Source of the DNA: a bacterium
GTDB lineage: Bacteria; UBA8248
Direction of reading: 5' to 3'
DNA length: 64,000 nucleotides
NCBI GenBank assembly: GCA_965204535.1
Contig: OZ241996.1
Location: 928,001 to 992,000, forward strand
Part shown: positions 1 to 10,233 of the stretch, piece after piece
Numbering within the stretch: the stretch's first letter is position 1
How the letters are laid out: each line of letters begins with the position of its first letter
Notes under the pieces: model-generated
What the model saw: only the letters and a program-made list of their open reading frames with translations
Told to the model about the DNA's origin: nothing
The model's database searches: none
Position numbers and translations under genes: made by a program

Positions 1-1
1 G

Positions 2-76
2 CCGATCGTCCAGAAGTTCGCGAAGGAAAGGTGCCGGCCCGGACTGCTCGAGGACATCGCCAAACAGGGGATGTAG
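2..76 (+). CDS. 3' end of probable TRAP substrate-binding protein (partial)
   Basis: Open frame PIVQKFAKERCRPGLLEDIAKQGM* directly upstream of dctQ/dctM; call rests on context. Confidence 0.55.
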   Translation, partial: PIVQKFAKERCRPGLLEDIAKQGM

Positions 77-184
77 CCGCTTTTCCGCTCAACCCCTCCG
101 GCGCCTCGTGATCGATTTCGCGGGGCGCCGGGGGTTTCTCGAGGGTTTTCTCCTCATTCTATCCATGCGGGGGGTTCGGGGTTC

Positions 185-700
185 GTGACTTCCAGGTCGC
201 CTAGGCCATTGTTGCGGAACGTGACCTATATTGTCACGGGCGTCGCCCTCGTAGGCTTCTGCGGAATGCTCCTCTCGACATGGGCGCAGATTCTCTTCCG
301 AAAACTCGCGATATCGGTCGACTGGACCGAAGAGCTGGCAAGAATCCTCTTTATCACGAGCGTGTTCCTGGGCATCGCCATCGGCGTCGCCGAAAAACGC
401 CACATCGTCGTGGATTTTCTCCTGAACCGGCTTCCGCCGCGCCTCCGCGCCCTCGTCGGGATGCTGTTCAACGCCGTCATCCTCGTTTTCCTGATTTTTC
501 TGCTGCGGGGTGCTGCGGCGATGGTTTCCGTGACCTGGGAATCCTACATGATAGCCATCTCCTGGCTGCGCACCGGGTATCTCTACTTCATCGAGTGCGT
601 CGCCATCGTGCTGACCATCCTGTACGTTCTCTACGGATTCGGGGAGAGCTTTAAGGCTTTTCTGTCTGGTTCTGGCGATGCGGAAGAAGGCGCCGAGTGA
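185..700 (+). CDS. dctQ: TRAP transporter small permease
   Basis: 4 hydrophobic segments, WTEELAR and RHIVVD motifs; overlaps dctM start (GTGA). Confidence 0.9.
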   Translation: MTSRSPRPLLRNVTYIVTGVALVGFCGMLLSTWAQILFRKLAISVDWTEELARILFITSVFLGIAIGVAEKRHIVVDFLLNRLPPRLRALVGMLFNAVILVFLIFLLRGAAAMVSVTWESYMIAISWLRTGYLYFIECVAIVLTILYVLYGFGESFKAFLSGSGDAEEGAE

Positions 701-1998
701 TGGTCGCCTACGCCTTTCTGGCATTCGCTCTCGTCATCCTGATCATGCTGGGCTTTCCGGTGGGATTCGGGGCGGGCACCGTATCCATGATAGGGGCGGG
801 TTATTTCTTCGGCGATTTCCTGGACCCGCGCACCTCTTCGATGATCGCCCGCCTCGCGTTCGCCAAGATCAACAACTTTCTCCTGCTGGCCATCCCGTTC
901 TTCCTCCTGACCGGCCGGCTCATGAACGTGGGCGGAATCACCGAGCGGCTCTTCGGCTTCGTGAGCGTCGTGTCGCGCCCCCTGAAGGGGGGCCTCGGCC
1001 ATGCGAACGTGCTGGCGAGCATGATCTTTGCGGGCATGTCGGGTGCCGCGACGGCGGACGCCGTCGGCCTCGGCACGGTGGAGATGCGCGCCATGCTGCA
1101 GGAGGGCTACGACCGCGAATTCAGCTCAGGCATCACGGCGGCGTCTTCGCTCATCGGCCCCATCATCCCGCCGAGCATCCCGCTCGTGGCCTACGGCGTC
1201 ATCGCGGAGGAATCCATCGGCTCGCTGTTCCTGGGCGGCGTCATCCCCGGCACGCTGATGGCCATCGCCTTCATCATCTACGTGAGCTACCGTGCCCGCA
1301 AGGGCAATTACCCCTCGGGATCGATGGCGGGAATCCGCGAACTCCTCGTTTCCTTCCGGAACGCCTTCTTGCCGCTGATGACGCCCGTCATCATCATCGG
1401 CGGCATTTACGGGGGCATCTTCACCCCGACCGAGGCGGCCGCCGTCGCGGCGTTCTACGCCATGGTGCTGGGGCTGCTCTTCTACAGGGAGTACGGCTGG
1501 CGCCACCTGCTGCGCGAGATCAAGGGCACGATGATCGACACGGCCGTCATCATGCTGGTCATCGCCTTCACCTCGGCCTTCGGCGTGGTGATGATTCGGG
1601 GGCAGGTGCCCGACGCCCTGGCCGCCCTGATCACGCAGATATCCAGCGACCCGACGGTGCTGCTGTTCCTGTTCACGATATTGTGGATGATCGTCGGCTG
1701 CTTCATGGCGGAGACGCCCGCCATCCTCATCCTGACGCCGATTCTGCTGCCCACGGCGGAGAAATTCGGCATCGACCCCATTCATTTTGGCGTCGTCATG
1801 ACGGTCGCCCTGACGATAGGCCTCTTGACGCCGCCCGTCGGCATGGTGCTCTACGCGCTCATCCCCGTCACGGAACTGCCCTTCGAGCGGCTGGCCGTCC
1901 TGGCGATCCCCTACATTCTGCTCTCGCTCATCGTCGTCGCCCTGACGATCGTCTTCCCCGAACTCGTGCTCTGGCTCCCGCGGGTGGTCATGAGCTGA
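697..1998 (+). CDS. dctM: TRAP transporter large permease
   Basis: LLAIPFF, GMSGAATADA, IIPPSIP, FTPTEAAA, GLLTPPVG motifs. Confidence 0.95.
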   Translation: MMVAYAFLAFALVILIMLGFPVGFGAGTVSMIGAGYFFGDFLDPRTSSMIARLAFAKINNFLLLAIPFFLLTGRLMNVGGITERLFGFVSVVSRPLKGGLGHANVLASMIFAGMSGAATADAVGLGTVEMRAMLQEGYDREFSSGITAASSLIGPIIPPSIPLVAYGVIAEESIGSLFLGGVIPGTLMAIAFIIYVSYRARKGNYPSGSMAGIRELLVSFRNAFLPLMTPVIIIGGIYGGIFTPTEAAAVAAFYAMVLGLLFYREYGWRHLLREIKGTMIDTAVIMLVIAFTSAFGVVMIRGQVPDALAALITQISSDPTVLLFLFTILWMIVGCFMAETPAILILTPILLPTAEKFGIDPIHFGVVMTVALTIGLLTPPVGMVLYALIPVTELPFERLAVLAIPYILLSLIVVALTIVFPELVLWLPRVVMS

Positions 1999-2039
1999 GG
2001 TAGGAAGGGTTTGGGTAGGCGAGAGCGCGGGATTCCACT

Positions 2040-2375
2040 GTAGGGGCAGACCTGCGTGTCCGCCCATTTTTCGTTATAGCGGGTGCAGGGCGGATACACG
2101 GGTCCGCCCCTACGGGTTGATGCGGTTTTGACGTGAGAATGGTTGACGTTCGTAGGGACAGGCCCCCGTGCCTGTCCTGTATTGGGGTGAATACGCCCGA
2201 CGGGCGGCCACGGGGGGCCGCCCCTACGATGGTCATTCGAGGGGGTGTGTAGGTCGGACATATATGTCCGACATATTATGCGACCCGCATTGTGAAGGCG
2301 AAAAGGACGGGCCGCATGTATGCGGCCCCTACAGTGGCATCCCGCCAGAGTGGCAAGGGGTTTTCAACAACCCCG
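2040..2375. repeat. Cluster of three GTAG-type REP pairs (REPIN-like) plus a TTTTCAACAACCCC end
   Basis: GTAGGGGCAGACCTGCGTGTCCGCCC (2040), GTAGGGACAGGCCCCCGTGCCTGTCC (2152), GTAGGTCGGACATATATGTCCGAC (2249), each followed by an inverted ...CCCTAC partner. Confidence 0.85.
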
Positions 2376-2386
2376 TACGCCCGGCC

Positions 2387-2644
2387 CTAGAACGTGGTGA
2401 CGCCGCCCTCGATCCCGAACAATCTGGGTATCAGGCCGTGGAAGTAGTAGACGTCGATCAGCACCAGGGCGAAAAACACCGCGATGAAGATGAGGATCAG
2501 GCCCGCGATGAAACACGGTATCTGGGCGATGGCTTTGAAGACGCCCGCGATGCTGCCTTTTCGCAAGGGATAGCCGCAGTGCGGGCATGTCCTGGCTTCG
2601 GTGCTCAGGAGCCCCCCGCATTCGGGGCAGTTGAGAAGCGACAC
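2387..2644 (-). CDS. Small zinc-ribbon membrane protein
   Basis: GTG start just after the acyl-CoA synthetase stop; CPECG...CPHCG then a hydrophobic segment; 85 aa. Confidence 0.7.
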   Translation of the reverse strand: MSLLNCPECGGLLSTEARTCPHCGYPLRKGSIAGVFKAIAQIPCFIAGLILIFIAVFFALVLIDVYYFHGLIPRLFGIEGGVTTF

Positions 2645-2645
2645 C

Positions 2646-4592
2646 TCATCGCGCCTCTGTGATCGCGCGTAAAAATTCAGGCACCTCGATGGATGAGGTG
2701 TCGATGTTCGCGGGGTCCTCGCCCATGTAGACCTTCTTGATGGCGGCGCGCACGATCTTGGCCGAGCGCGTCTTTGGGAGCGCATCGACGAACTTGACCT
2801 CATCGGGGCGCAGGCTTTTTCCTAGATATTTCACGGTCTCTTCCTTGAGGTCGTCGCGGAGCGCGTCGCTCGGCTCATGGCCCCCGACCAGGACCACGTA
2901 ACAGCAAAGACCCTCGCCCTTGATGGGGTGCGGCGCGCCGATGACAGCGGCTTCCACCACGGCGGGATGCCGGATGAGGGCGGCCTCCACCTCAGCGGGT
3001 CCCACGCGCTTGCCCGCGACGTTGATGGTGTCGTCAGACCGCCCGAAGAGATACCACTGCCCGTCTTCGTCCAGGCGCGCCCAGTCGCCGTGGTACCAGA
3101 CGTCCGGCCAGCGGGAGAAATAGGTTTCCAGAAAGCGCGCGTCGTCTTTCAGGAAGCCCTTGGTCATCGAGGGGACGGGTTGCTTGAGCACGAGGTGCCC
3201 GATCTCCCCGCGCACGGGCTGCCCCTCTTCGTTGAACACGTCGGCGTCCGAACCCAGGGCCGGGCCGCCCAGGGAGCACGGGGTGAGCGGGACGATGGGG
3301 TAGGGTTGGAGTATGCAGCCGCAAAGCTCGGTGCCGCCCGATATGTTCATGACGGGGCACTGCGAGCCGCCCACCTTTTCAAAATACCACATGTAGGATT
3401 CGGGGTCCCAGGGCTCGCCGGTCGAGCCCAGCACGCGAAGCGAGGAGAGGTCGTGTTTTTCCACCCACTCATCGCCCGCGCTGATGAGCAGCCGCACGGC
3501 GGTGGGCGAGACGCCGAAGATGGAGACCTTGTGATCGCTCAGCATCTTCCAGAGCCTGTCGGGTTCGGGCCAGTTGGGCGCGCCCTCGTAAATCAGATAC
3601 GTCCCGCCCCCGAACTGGACGCCTATCATCTTCCAGGGACCCATCATCCAGCCGATGTCCGTCACCCAGAAGAGGGTGTCCGAATCGCGCAGGTCCATGC
3701 AGTAGCGGATCTCCTTGGCCACGTTGAGCATGCACCCCGCGTGGGTGTGCACCGAGCCTTTCGGCTTTCCCGTCGTGCCCGAGGTGTAGATGATGAGGGA
3801 GAGGGCCTCGGCGGGCAGGCGCTCGGTTTCGGCGGTGTCGGGCTGGCCGCTTGCGAAATCGTCCCAGTCGACGTCCCGTCCGGCCTGCATGGGAACGTCC
3901 GATTCGGTTCTTCTGAAGACCACGACCTTCTCGACCCGGGTTTCGAGGGTCAGGGCCTTGTCCATCAGGGCCTTCACGCCGATCTCCTTGCCCCGGCGCA
4001 TCCCGCCGTTCGAGGTGAAGACGAGCCGCGCGTCTGCGTGGTCGAGACGCTCGGCGACCGCCTCGGGGCCGAAGCCCGAGAAGATGGGGATCGCCACGAC
4101 GCCGATCTTGAGACAAGCGAACATGGCGAAGACCGTCTCGGGGAGCATGGGCATGAAGATGCCCGCGCTGTCGCCGGGGCGCATCCCCATCGCACGCATG
4201 GCGTTCGCCAGGCGGCAGACGTGGGCGTTCATCTCGGCGTAGGTGTAGCGGCGCACTTCGCCGCCGTCCCCCTCCCAGATGAGGGCCGTCATGTCGCGTT
4301 TGGAGGTCGTGAGGTGCCTGTCGATGCAGTTGTGGACGATGTTGAGTTCGCCGCCCAGGAACCACTTCGTCCAGGGCAGGCCGCCCGATGCGTCCATGAT
4401 CTCGTCATACGGCCTGTACCAGGAGACGCCCATGTCCTTCTCGATGGCCGACCAGAAGCGGCCGACGTCTTCTCTGAAATAATCGATCAACGCCTCATAG
4501 CTCGTAAGCCCCTGTTTCTTCATGAAGCGGGCGACGTTCGAGTTCTCGAGAAAATCCTCGTTTGGCCGCCAGATGATTTCGGAATTGCTCAC
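2646..4592 (-). CDS. Acetate-CoA ligase-like AMP-binding acyl-CoA synthetase
   Basis: YTSGTTGKPKG, TDIGWMMG, GRSDD, LPKTRSAKI motifs. Confidence 0.92.
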   Translation of the reverse strand: MSNSEIIWRPNEDFLENSNVARFMKKQGLTSYEALIDYFREDVGRFWSAIEKDMGVSWYRPYDEIMDASGGLPWTKWFLGGELNIVHNCIDRHLTTSKRDMTALIWEGDGGEVRRYTYAEMNAHVCRLANAMRAMGMRPGDSAGIFMPMLPETVFAMFACLKIGVVAIPIFSGFGPEAVAERLDHADARLVFTSNGGMRRGKEIGVKALMDKALTLETRVEKVVVFRRTESDVPMQAGRDVDWDDFASGQPDTAETERLPAEALSLIIYTSGTTGKPKGSVHTHAGCMLNVAKEIRYCMDLRDSDTLFWVTDIGWMMGPWKMIGVQFGGGTYLIYEGAPNWPEPDRLWKMLSDHKVSIFGVSPTAVRLLISAGDEWVEKHDLSSLRVLGSTGEPWDPESYMWYFEKVGGSQCPVMNISGGTELCGCILQPYPIVPLTPCSLGGPALGSDADVFNEEGQPVRGEIGHLVLKQPVPSMTKGFLKDDARFLETYFSRWPDVWYHGDWARLDEDGQWYLFGRSDDTINVAGKRVGPAEVEAALIRHPAVVEAAVIGAPHPIKGEGLCCYVVLVGGHEPSDALRDDLKEETVKYLGKSLRPDEVKFVDALPKTRSAKIVRAAIKKVYMGEDPANIDTSSIEVPEFLRAITEAR

Positions 4593-4612
4593 GGCTTTTC
4601 CTCGGGTGGTTA

Positions 4613-5473
4613 TTACGTTTTGCGCTTATAAGCCAGGTGCATGAGTTCTTTTAATGCATCGCCTCGTTTTTCGATATCGTCCTTATTGAGATCAATATCA
4701 TAAGCACGTCTGTGTCTGTTATATGCAAAGGCAATATCTGTTTGTTGTTCGAGTCGTTCGTCGGTTTCTTGTGTTCTCTCCCAGAAAATCCTGAGGCGGA
4801 GGCGATTTTTCTGGGGGATGAGGGCAATAAAGTTGTTTACTCGACCATTTTGGGAGAGGCCAATGTAATACTTGTTGTATTTTGGTTCCACATCTGGAGC
4901 GAACCCTCTAATCATTCCTATTAGTTGATCGGCAAGTGAAACAGTGGCTTTAGAACCTCGCTGCTCCCAATATGTACGATCTGCGGGTGTTTGAGGTTCT
5001 TCGTCCTCGTCTCCTCGCACTAGTACATCCATTACAGTAGTAAAAACCAATGAAATGTAATCGCCGATCTTCAAGGCTTGAAACTGAATCGCGATCAGGG
5101 GAATCGCGCCGTTGAACAGTGAAACGACATTCAAGAAACGACTAGTGACGTCCTCAGCGACCAGAACCGCGGAATGCTCGTATTGCGGATAACGCTTCCG
5201 CTCAATGTCCCAATACTCGATGGTGCGGATGATGTGCGATTCGTCGGTTGCCCCAAGCTGGATTTCGACTTCGTATCTGTGGTCTGTTTTCGAATCTTGA
5301 AGCAGTAGGTCTAAACGGCCTGCACTGGGCTGTTTTCGCTCCGTATCCATCAAAACAAGATCGCCCAGCCCTAATATGGATGGGTCTTCGGAGATTCTAT
5401 CCTGCACCCATTTTTCGTTCAGTTCGGGATGAGGATTCTTCAGCCAAATTCTTTCTGGCTTCACGTATTGCAC
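4613..5473 (-). CDS. Low-GC putative PD-(D/E)xK (NucS-like) nuclease-fold protein
   Basis: EKWVQ...GRLDLL...EVEIQLG pattern; visibly more AT-rich than neighbours. Confidence 0.6.
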   Translation of the reverse strand: MQYVKPERIWLKNPHPELNEKWVQDRISEDPSILGLGDLVLMDTERKQPSAGRLDLLLQDSKTDHRYEVEIQLGATDESHIIRTIEYWDIERKRYPQYEHSAVLVAEDVTSRFLNVVSLFNGAIPLIAIQFQALKIGDYISLVFTTVMDVLVRGDEDEEPQTPADRTYWEQRGSKATVSLADQLIGMIRGFAPDVEPKYNKYYIGLSQNGRVNNFIALIPQKNRLRLRIFWERTQETDERLEQQTDIAFAYNRHRRAYDIDLNKDDIEKRGDALKELMHLAYKRKT

Positions 5474-5510
5474 TGAACCGTCTCCTTAGGGATGTCTATT
5501 GTCCCTTTCC

Positions 5511-7463
5511 TCACACCGCTTCCCGGATGGCGTCCAGGTGCGCGGGGTTTTCGAGCGAGTTCAGGTCCATGTGGTCCACCTGTTCGCCGAGATACACTTT
5601 CTTGATGGCGCCCCGCACGATTTTGGCCGAGCGCGTCTTGGGCAGGGCCTTGACGAACCGGACCTCGTCGGGCCTCAGGCTCTTGCCGAGGTACTCCACC
5701 GCCTGGTCTTTCAACTCCTCGCGCAGGGCGTCGTTAAGCTCAAAGGAATCGTGCATGACGACGAAGCAGGTGAGGCCTTCTCCCTTCACCGGGTGGGGCG
5801 TCCCCACGACGGCGGCCTCGATGACGCCGGGATGCTTGATGAGTTCGGACTCGATTTCGTTCGGCCCCACGCGCTTGCCCGATACCTTGATGGTGTCGTC
5901 CGAGCGCCCGTAGAGATACCAGAGCCCCTGCTCGTCCACCTTGGCCCAGTCGCCGTGGTACCAGACACCCTCCCAGCGCGAGAAATAGGTCTCCAGGTAG
6001 CGGTCCGGCTCCTTCCAGAAGCCGTTGGTGAGCGAGGGGATGGGCTGTTTGAGCACGAGGTGGCCCACCTCGCCGCGGAGCGGCCTGGCGTCCTCGCCGA
6101 ACACGTCGGCGTCCGTGCCCATGGCGGGCGCGCCCAGCGTGCAGGGGGAGAGGTCCATGACGGGCAGGGGTTGCAAGAGACAGGCGCCGATCTCGGTGCC
6201 GCCCGATATGTTCATGATGGGGCACCTGCCGCCGCCCACCTTTTCGAAATACCACATGTAGGATTCCGGGTCCCAGGGTTCGCCCGTGGAGGCGAGCACG
6301 CGCAGGCAGGAGAGATCGTGTTTCTCCACCCACTCATCACCCGCGCTTATCAGCACGCGCACCGCCGTTGGCGAAAGCCCCAGGTGGGTGACCCCGTTCC
6401 GGGAGATGATCTGCCACAGCCTGTCGGGCGCCGGGTGGTTCGGCACGCTCTCATAGAGCTGGCAGGCGTGGCCGTTGAAGTGAGAGCCCACGAGTTCATA
6501 GGGCGCCATCACCCAGCCGAAATCCGTCACCCAGAAGACCGTATCGCCGTCGCGCATGTCGAGGCAGTACTTGAGTTCGCGCCCCGGCCCGCTCATCAGC
6601 CCCGCATGGGTGTAGACGGTGCCCTTGGGCTTTCCGGTCGTGCCCGAGGTGTACATGATCATCGAGACGGCGTCGGCGGGGAGCCGCTCCGTCTCGGCTT
6701 GCGAGGATTGTCCCGCAACGAAATCGTCCCAGGTGACGTCGCGCCCCGCCTTCATGGGGACCTCATCGCCCGAGCGCGTGAGGACGACCACCTTTTCCAC
6801 CTTCGTGCCGCGCTCTAAAGCCGCGTCCGCCGTGCCCTTGAGCGGCACCTTCTTGCCCCGGCGGACGGCGCCGTCCACCGTGAAGAGGATGCGCGCTTCC
6901 GCGTGTATCAACCGCTCGGCCAGACCCTCGGGGCCGAAGCCCGAGAAGACGGGGAGCACGGCCACCCCCGTCTTGAAACACGCGTACATGACGATGGCGG
7001 CTTCTGGCACCATGGGGAGGAACACGCCCGCCACGTCGCCCGGCTTGAGACCCATCTCGCGCATGGCGTTGGCCAAGCGCGAGACTTCCGCCGAGAGTTC
7101 GGCGTAGGTGAACGTCCGCACCTCGCCCCCGTCGCTCTCCCATACGAGGGCGGTCTGATCGCGGCGCCCGCCCTCTACGTGGCGGTCGATGCAGTTCAGG
7201 ACGAGGTTCGTCTCGCCTCCGATGAACCATTTCGCCCACGGGAAGCCGCCGCTCAGGTCGAGCAACTCGTCATAGGGCCTGTACCATTCAAGCCCCATGT
7301 CTTCGAGCACGACCTCCCAGAAGCGCCGGATGTCCTCGATGGACCACTTGAGGAACTCGCGGTAATCGGCGATGCCGAGCTTTTTCATCAGCTTGGCGAC
7401 GTGGCTGTTCGTGAGAAAATCCTCATCCGGCCGCCATATGATGTCAGAAGCGTTCACTTGCAT
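5511..7463 (-). CDS. Acetate-CoA ligase-like acyl-CoA synthetase (paralogue of 2646..4592)
   Basis: YTSGTTGKPKG, TGEPWDPESYMWYFEKVGG and LPKTRSAKI shared with paralogue. Confidence 0.92.
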   Translation of the reverse strand: MQVNASDIIWRPDEDFLTNSHVAKLMKKLGIADYREFLKWSIEDIRRFWEVVLEDMGLEWYRPYDELLDLSGGFPWAKWFIGGETNLVLNCIDRHVEGGRRDQTALVWESDGGEVRTFTYAELSAEVSRLANAMREMGLKPGDVAGVFLPMVPEAAIVMYACFKTGVAVLPVFSGFGPEGLAERLIHAEARILFTVDGAVRRGKKVPLKGTADAALERGTKVEKVVVLTRSGDEVPMKAGRDVTWDDFVAGQSSQAETERLPADAVSMIMYTSGTTGKPKGTVYTHAGLMSGPGRELKYCLDMRDGDTVFWVTDFGWVMAPYELVGSHFNGHACQLYESVPNHPAPDRLWQIISRNGVTHLGLSPTAVRVLISAGDEWVEKHDLSCLRVLASTGEPWDPESYMWYFEKVGGGRCPIMNISGGTEIGACLLQPLPVMDLSPCTLGAPAMGTDADVFGEDARPLRGEVGHLVLKQPIPSLTNGFWKEPDRYLETYFSRWEGVWYHGDWAKVDEQGLWYLYGRSDDTIKVSGKRVGPNEIESELIKHPGVIEAAVVGTPHPVKGEGLTCFVVMHDSFELNDALREELKDQAVEYLGKSLRPDEVRFVKALPKTRSAKIVRGAIKKVYLGEQVDHMDLNSLENPAHLDAIREAV

Positions 7464-7473
7464 GTACCCTCCG

Positions 7474-8289
7474 CTATTTTCTCGCGTTATCGTTCGTCCA
7501 TATCTTCATGTCGCCGGAGACGTACTCATCCACGACGCCCCACTTGCCTGCTTCCACCTTGACGGGCGGGTCGTGAGCGCCGGCAGCCACTTCTTCCACG
7601 AACTGCGCCATGCGCCCGATAATGGAAATATCCTCGCACGGGTCGGTGTGGCCCGAGCAGACGAATCGGGCGTCGTTATCTTCCGCGATTCTCTGGAGTC
7701 TCCGCATGGAAGGCCCGTACTGGGACAGGACGGCCGTCGGCACCTGGATGAAGAGCGGCTGGCCGGGCTTCACCAGATCGCCCGAGATCAAGACGCGCTC
7801 TTTCTCGTCATAGAGCGAGATGCTGCACGGCGAGTGACCCGGCGTGTCGTAGACGTGGATTTTCCTGCCGCCGAGGTCTATCGTGTCGCCTTCCTGCACC
7901 GCCCACCCGAACTTTCCGGGCGGTATGGTGAAGGTCTCAGGCTCAAACCCCTCGGGAAAGGGTATTCCGTCCCAGGTCGCAACGAAATCACGGCAGCCCG
8001 CCGTGTAGTCGTTCGCCAGCTTGTCCTTGCCGCTGGGGTGAACGCCCACGGCGTCCCATTCGTGGATCGCGCCCACGTGGTCCCAGTGCGTGTGGGTCAG
8101 GACGTGTTCCACGGGCAGGTCGGTTATCGACTCACACAACCTGCGCACGCTGCCCACGCCGATTCCGCCGTCGAGCGAGAGGGCCTTCTCCTCGCCCACG
8201 AGGAGGAACATGTTCCACCGCCCGGCTTCCGATATCTGATAGGTGTCCGGCGCGAACTCGATGACCTCATACCACCTTTGCGTGTCCAT
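7474..8289 (-). CDS. MBL-fold metallo-hydrolase
   Basis: THTHWDH, TPGHS, SGD, SGH motifs; start taken at MDTQRW by alignment to its paralogue. Confidence 0.88.
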   Translation of the reverse strand: MDTQRWYEVIEFAPDTYQISEAGRWNMFLLVGEEKALSLDGGIGVGSVRRLCESITDLPVEHVLTHTHWDHVGAIHEWDAVGVHPSGKDKLANDYTAGCRDFVATWDGIPFPEGFEPETFTIPPGKFGWAVQEGDTIDLGGRKIHVYDTPGHSPCSISLYDEKERVLISGDLVKPGQPLFIQVPTAVLSQYGPSMRRLQRIAEDNDARFVCSGHTDPCEDISIIGRMAQFVEEVAAGAHDPPVKVEAGKWGVVDEYVSGDMKIWTNDNARK

Positions 8290-8306
8290 GGCGTCTTTTC
8301 CCGGAA

Positions 8307-9128
8307 TTACTTTCTCGCGTGATCCTGAATCCACACCTTGACGCGGGGGAACACGTACTCGTCCACTTCGCCCCACGCGCCGCCGTCCACCTTGGCGGGC
8401 GGGTCGTGCACGCCGGCCTCCAGTTCCTCCATGTTCTGCGCTATCTCGCCGATGATGGAGGGGTCCGGGTAGGGGTCGGTGTGGCCCGAGGTGATCCAGC
8501 GCACCTCGTTCTCCGCGGCGACTTTCTCGAGCTTGCGCAGCGAGGGCGCATATTCGGAGAGCACCGCCGTGGGCACCTGCAGGAAGAGGTATTCCTCGCA
8601 GCGGATCAGGTCGCCCGATACGAGAATCTTCTCGCGCTCGTCATAGAGCGAGATGCTGCAGGGCGAATGACCGGGTGTCTCGTAGACGTGGAACTTCCTG
8701 TTGCCCAGGTCGAAGGTGTCGCCCTCTTCGAGCGTCCAGCCGAACGTGGCGGGCTTGATGCCGTAGGCCTCCTCGTCGAACCAGTCGGGGAAGGTGTTCC
8801 CGTTGTTCTTCCACATGTTCACGAAGGCCTGCTCGAGTTTCGAGAAATCGTTGGCGAGCAAGTCCTTGCCGACGGGGTGCACGCCCACGCTGTCCCACTG
8901 CGAGGCCGCGCCCAGGTGGTCCCAGTGCGTGTGGGTGAGGACGAAGTCGATGGGCTTGTCCGTGATGCTCTCGTAGAGTTTCCGCAAATTCGCGACCCCG
9001 ATGCCGCCGTCGATGGCGACCGCCTTCTCGTCTCCTTCCAAGAGGAGCATGTTGAACCTGCCGCCCTCGGTGATTTGGTAGCTGCCCGGTGCGAAATTGT
9101 TGACGGAATACCAGTCCTGGGTTTCCAT
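8307..9128 (-). CDS. MBL-fold metallo-hydrolase (paralogue)
   Basis: THTHWDH, TPGHSPCSISLYDE, SGD, SGH motifs. Confidence 0.88.
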   Translation of the reverse strand: METQDWYSVNNFAPGSYQITEGGRFNMLLLEGDEKAVAIDGGIGVANLRKLYESITDKPIDFVLTHTHWDHLGAASQWDSVGVHPVGKDLLANDFSKLEQAFVNMWKNNGNTFPDWFDEEAYGIKPATFGWTLEEGDTFDLGNRKFHVYETPGHSPCSISLYDEREKILVSGDLIRCEEYLFLQVPTAVLSEYAPSLRKLEKVAAENEVRWITSGHTDPYPDPSIIGEIAQNMEELEAGVHDPPAKVDGGAWGEVDEYVFPRVKVWIQDHARK

Positions 9129-9298
9129 AGAAAAGCCTTTCTGCTTGAGGGATAAGAATTTATTCGCTTTCGGATACAGGACGTTCTCGCCCCTACCATT
9201 TGTACGAATCGATGGCCCTAATCTAGCCCCATTGCCCCGCGCGAATCAAGCGGGGGCGAGATTGGGCGAACCGCCCTCGCGCCCGCCGCCCGGCGGCT

Positions 9299-10210
9299 TC
9301 AGCCCTTGTAAACGGGCGCGGGCTGGCTGAAGAAGCGCTCGATGAGATGAAAGACGATGCCGTGGTTCTTCTCCTGCAGGCTCGCGTGGGCGATGCCCGG
9401 CATCATGACGAACTGCTTGTCGGGGTTCGGCAGCAGCCGGAAGAATTCCACCAGATCGTCGAGATGGGCGATGCCGTCGAACTCGCCGCGCGCTATCATC
9501 ACCGGCGCGGTGATTTTTTTGGGGTTCACGAGCGGCAGCCGCTCGCACATGTCGATGTAGGTGCCGTTCGGGATCGTGTCGTCGAGCGCGCAGATGGCTT
9601 TTGCGTATTCACGGATGACGTCGCGGTACGCCGTGCCGGGATGATCGCGCATGAAGATGCTCTCGATGAACCCGGCGTTCACGGGCCTTCTCGACGTGGA
9701 GGCCACGCCGCGGAATCGCTTGCGCCTCTCCGCGAGCGTCGGGCTTCCTTCGCCCGTCCAGACGAAGGCGTCGAGGATCAGCCGCTTCACGCGCCGGGGG
9801 TTTTTCTGCGCGAACAGGGCGGCGCGCAGGGCACCGGAGGAGATGCCGTAGAGGTGAAGCGCGTTCTTTCTGCTGACTCGCCGGATCACGTTCGCCGCCG
9901 CGAGAACGTCCCTGGCGCCGCGCTCGATGCCGCAGGAGACCCGCCTCGATTTGGTGGACCTCCCGTAACCCTCGCAGTCGACGCACCAGACGTCGTAGCC
10001 GCGCCCGGCGAGATGGTCCATCAGGGAGTATCCGGGCCGCGATTTCACCTGGAGGTCAAACGTGGGGGTGGAGGCCATGGACGAGCCGTGCACGAGGAGC
10101 ACCGCGCCTCGCGGTTTATCCGGCCCCTCTTTTCGCTTCCTCCACAGGAACAGGTCGGCGCCGTCGTGATGCGCATGGTGCTCCTCGCCCGTGATCTTTA
10201 TTTTCGGCAT
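9299..10210 (-). CDS. Alpha/beta-fold hydrolase
   Basis: LLVHGS, GISSG nucleophile elbow, GEFD, PGIAH. Confidence 0.85.
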   Translation of the reverse strand: MPKIKITGEEHHAHHDGADLFLWRKRKEGPDKPRGAVLLVHGSSMASTPTFDLQVKSRPGYSLMDHLAGRGYDVWCVDCEGYGRSTKSRRVSCGIERGARDVLAAANVIRRVSRKNALHLYGISSGALRAALFAQKNPRRVKRLILDAFVWTGEGSPTLAERRKRFRGVASTSRRPVNAGFIESIFMRDHPGTAYRDVIREYAKAICALDDTIPNGTYIDMCERLPLVNPKKITAPVMIARGEFDGIAHLDDLVEFFRLLPNPDKQFVMMPGIAHASLQEKNHGIVFHLIERFFSQPAPVYKG

Positions 10211-10233
10211 GGGTATCCTTTCTGAATGTGAGT

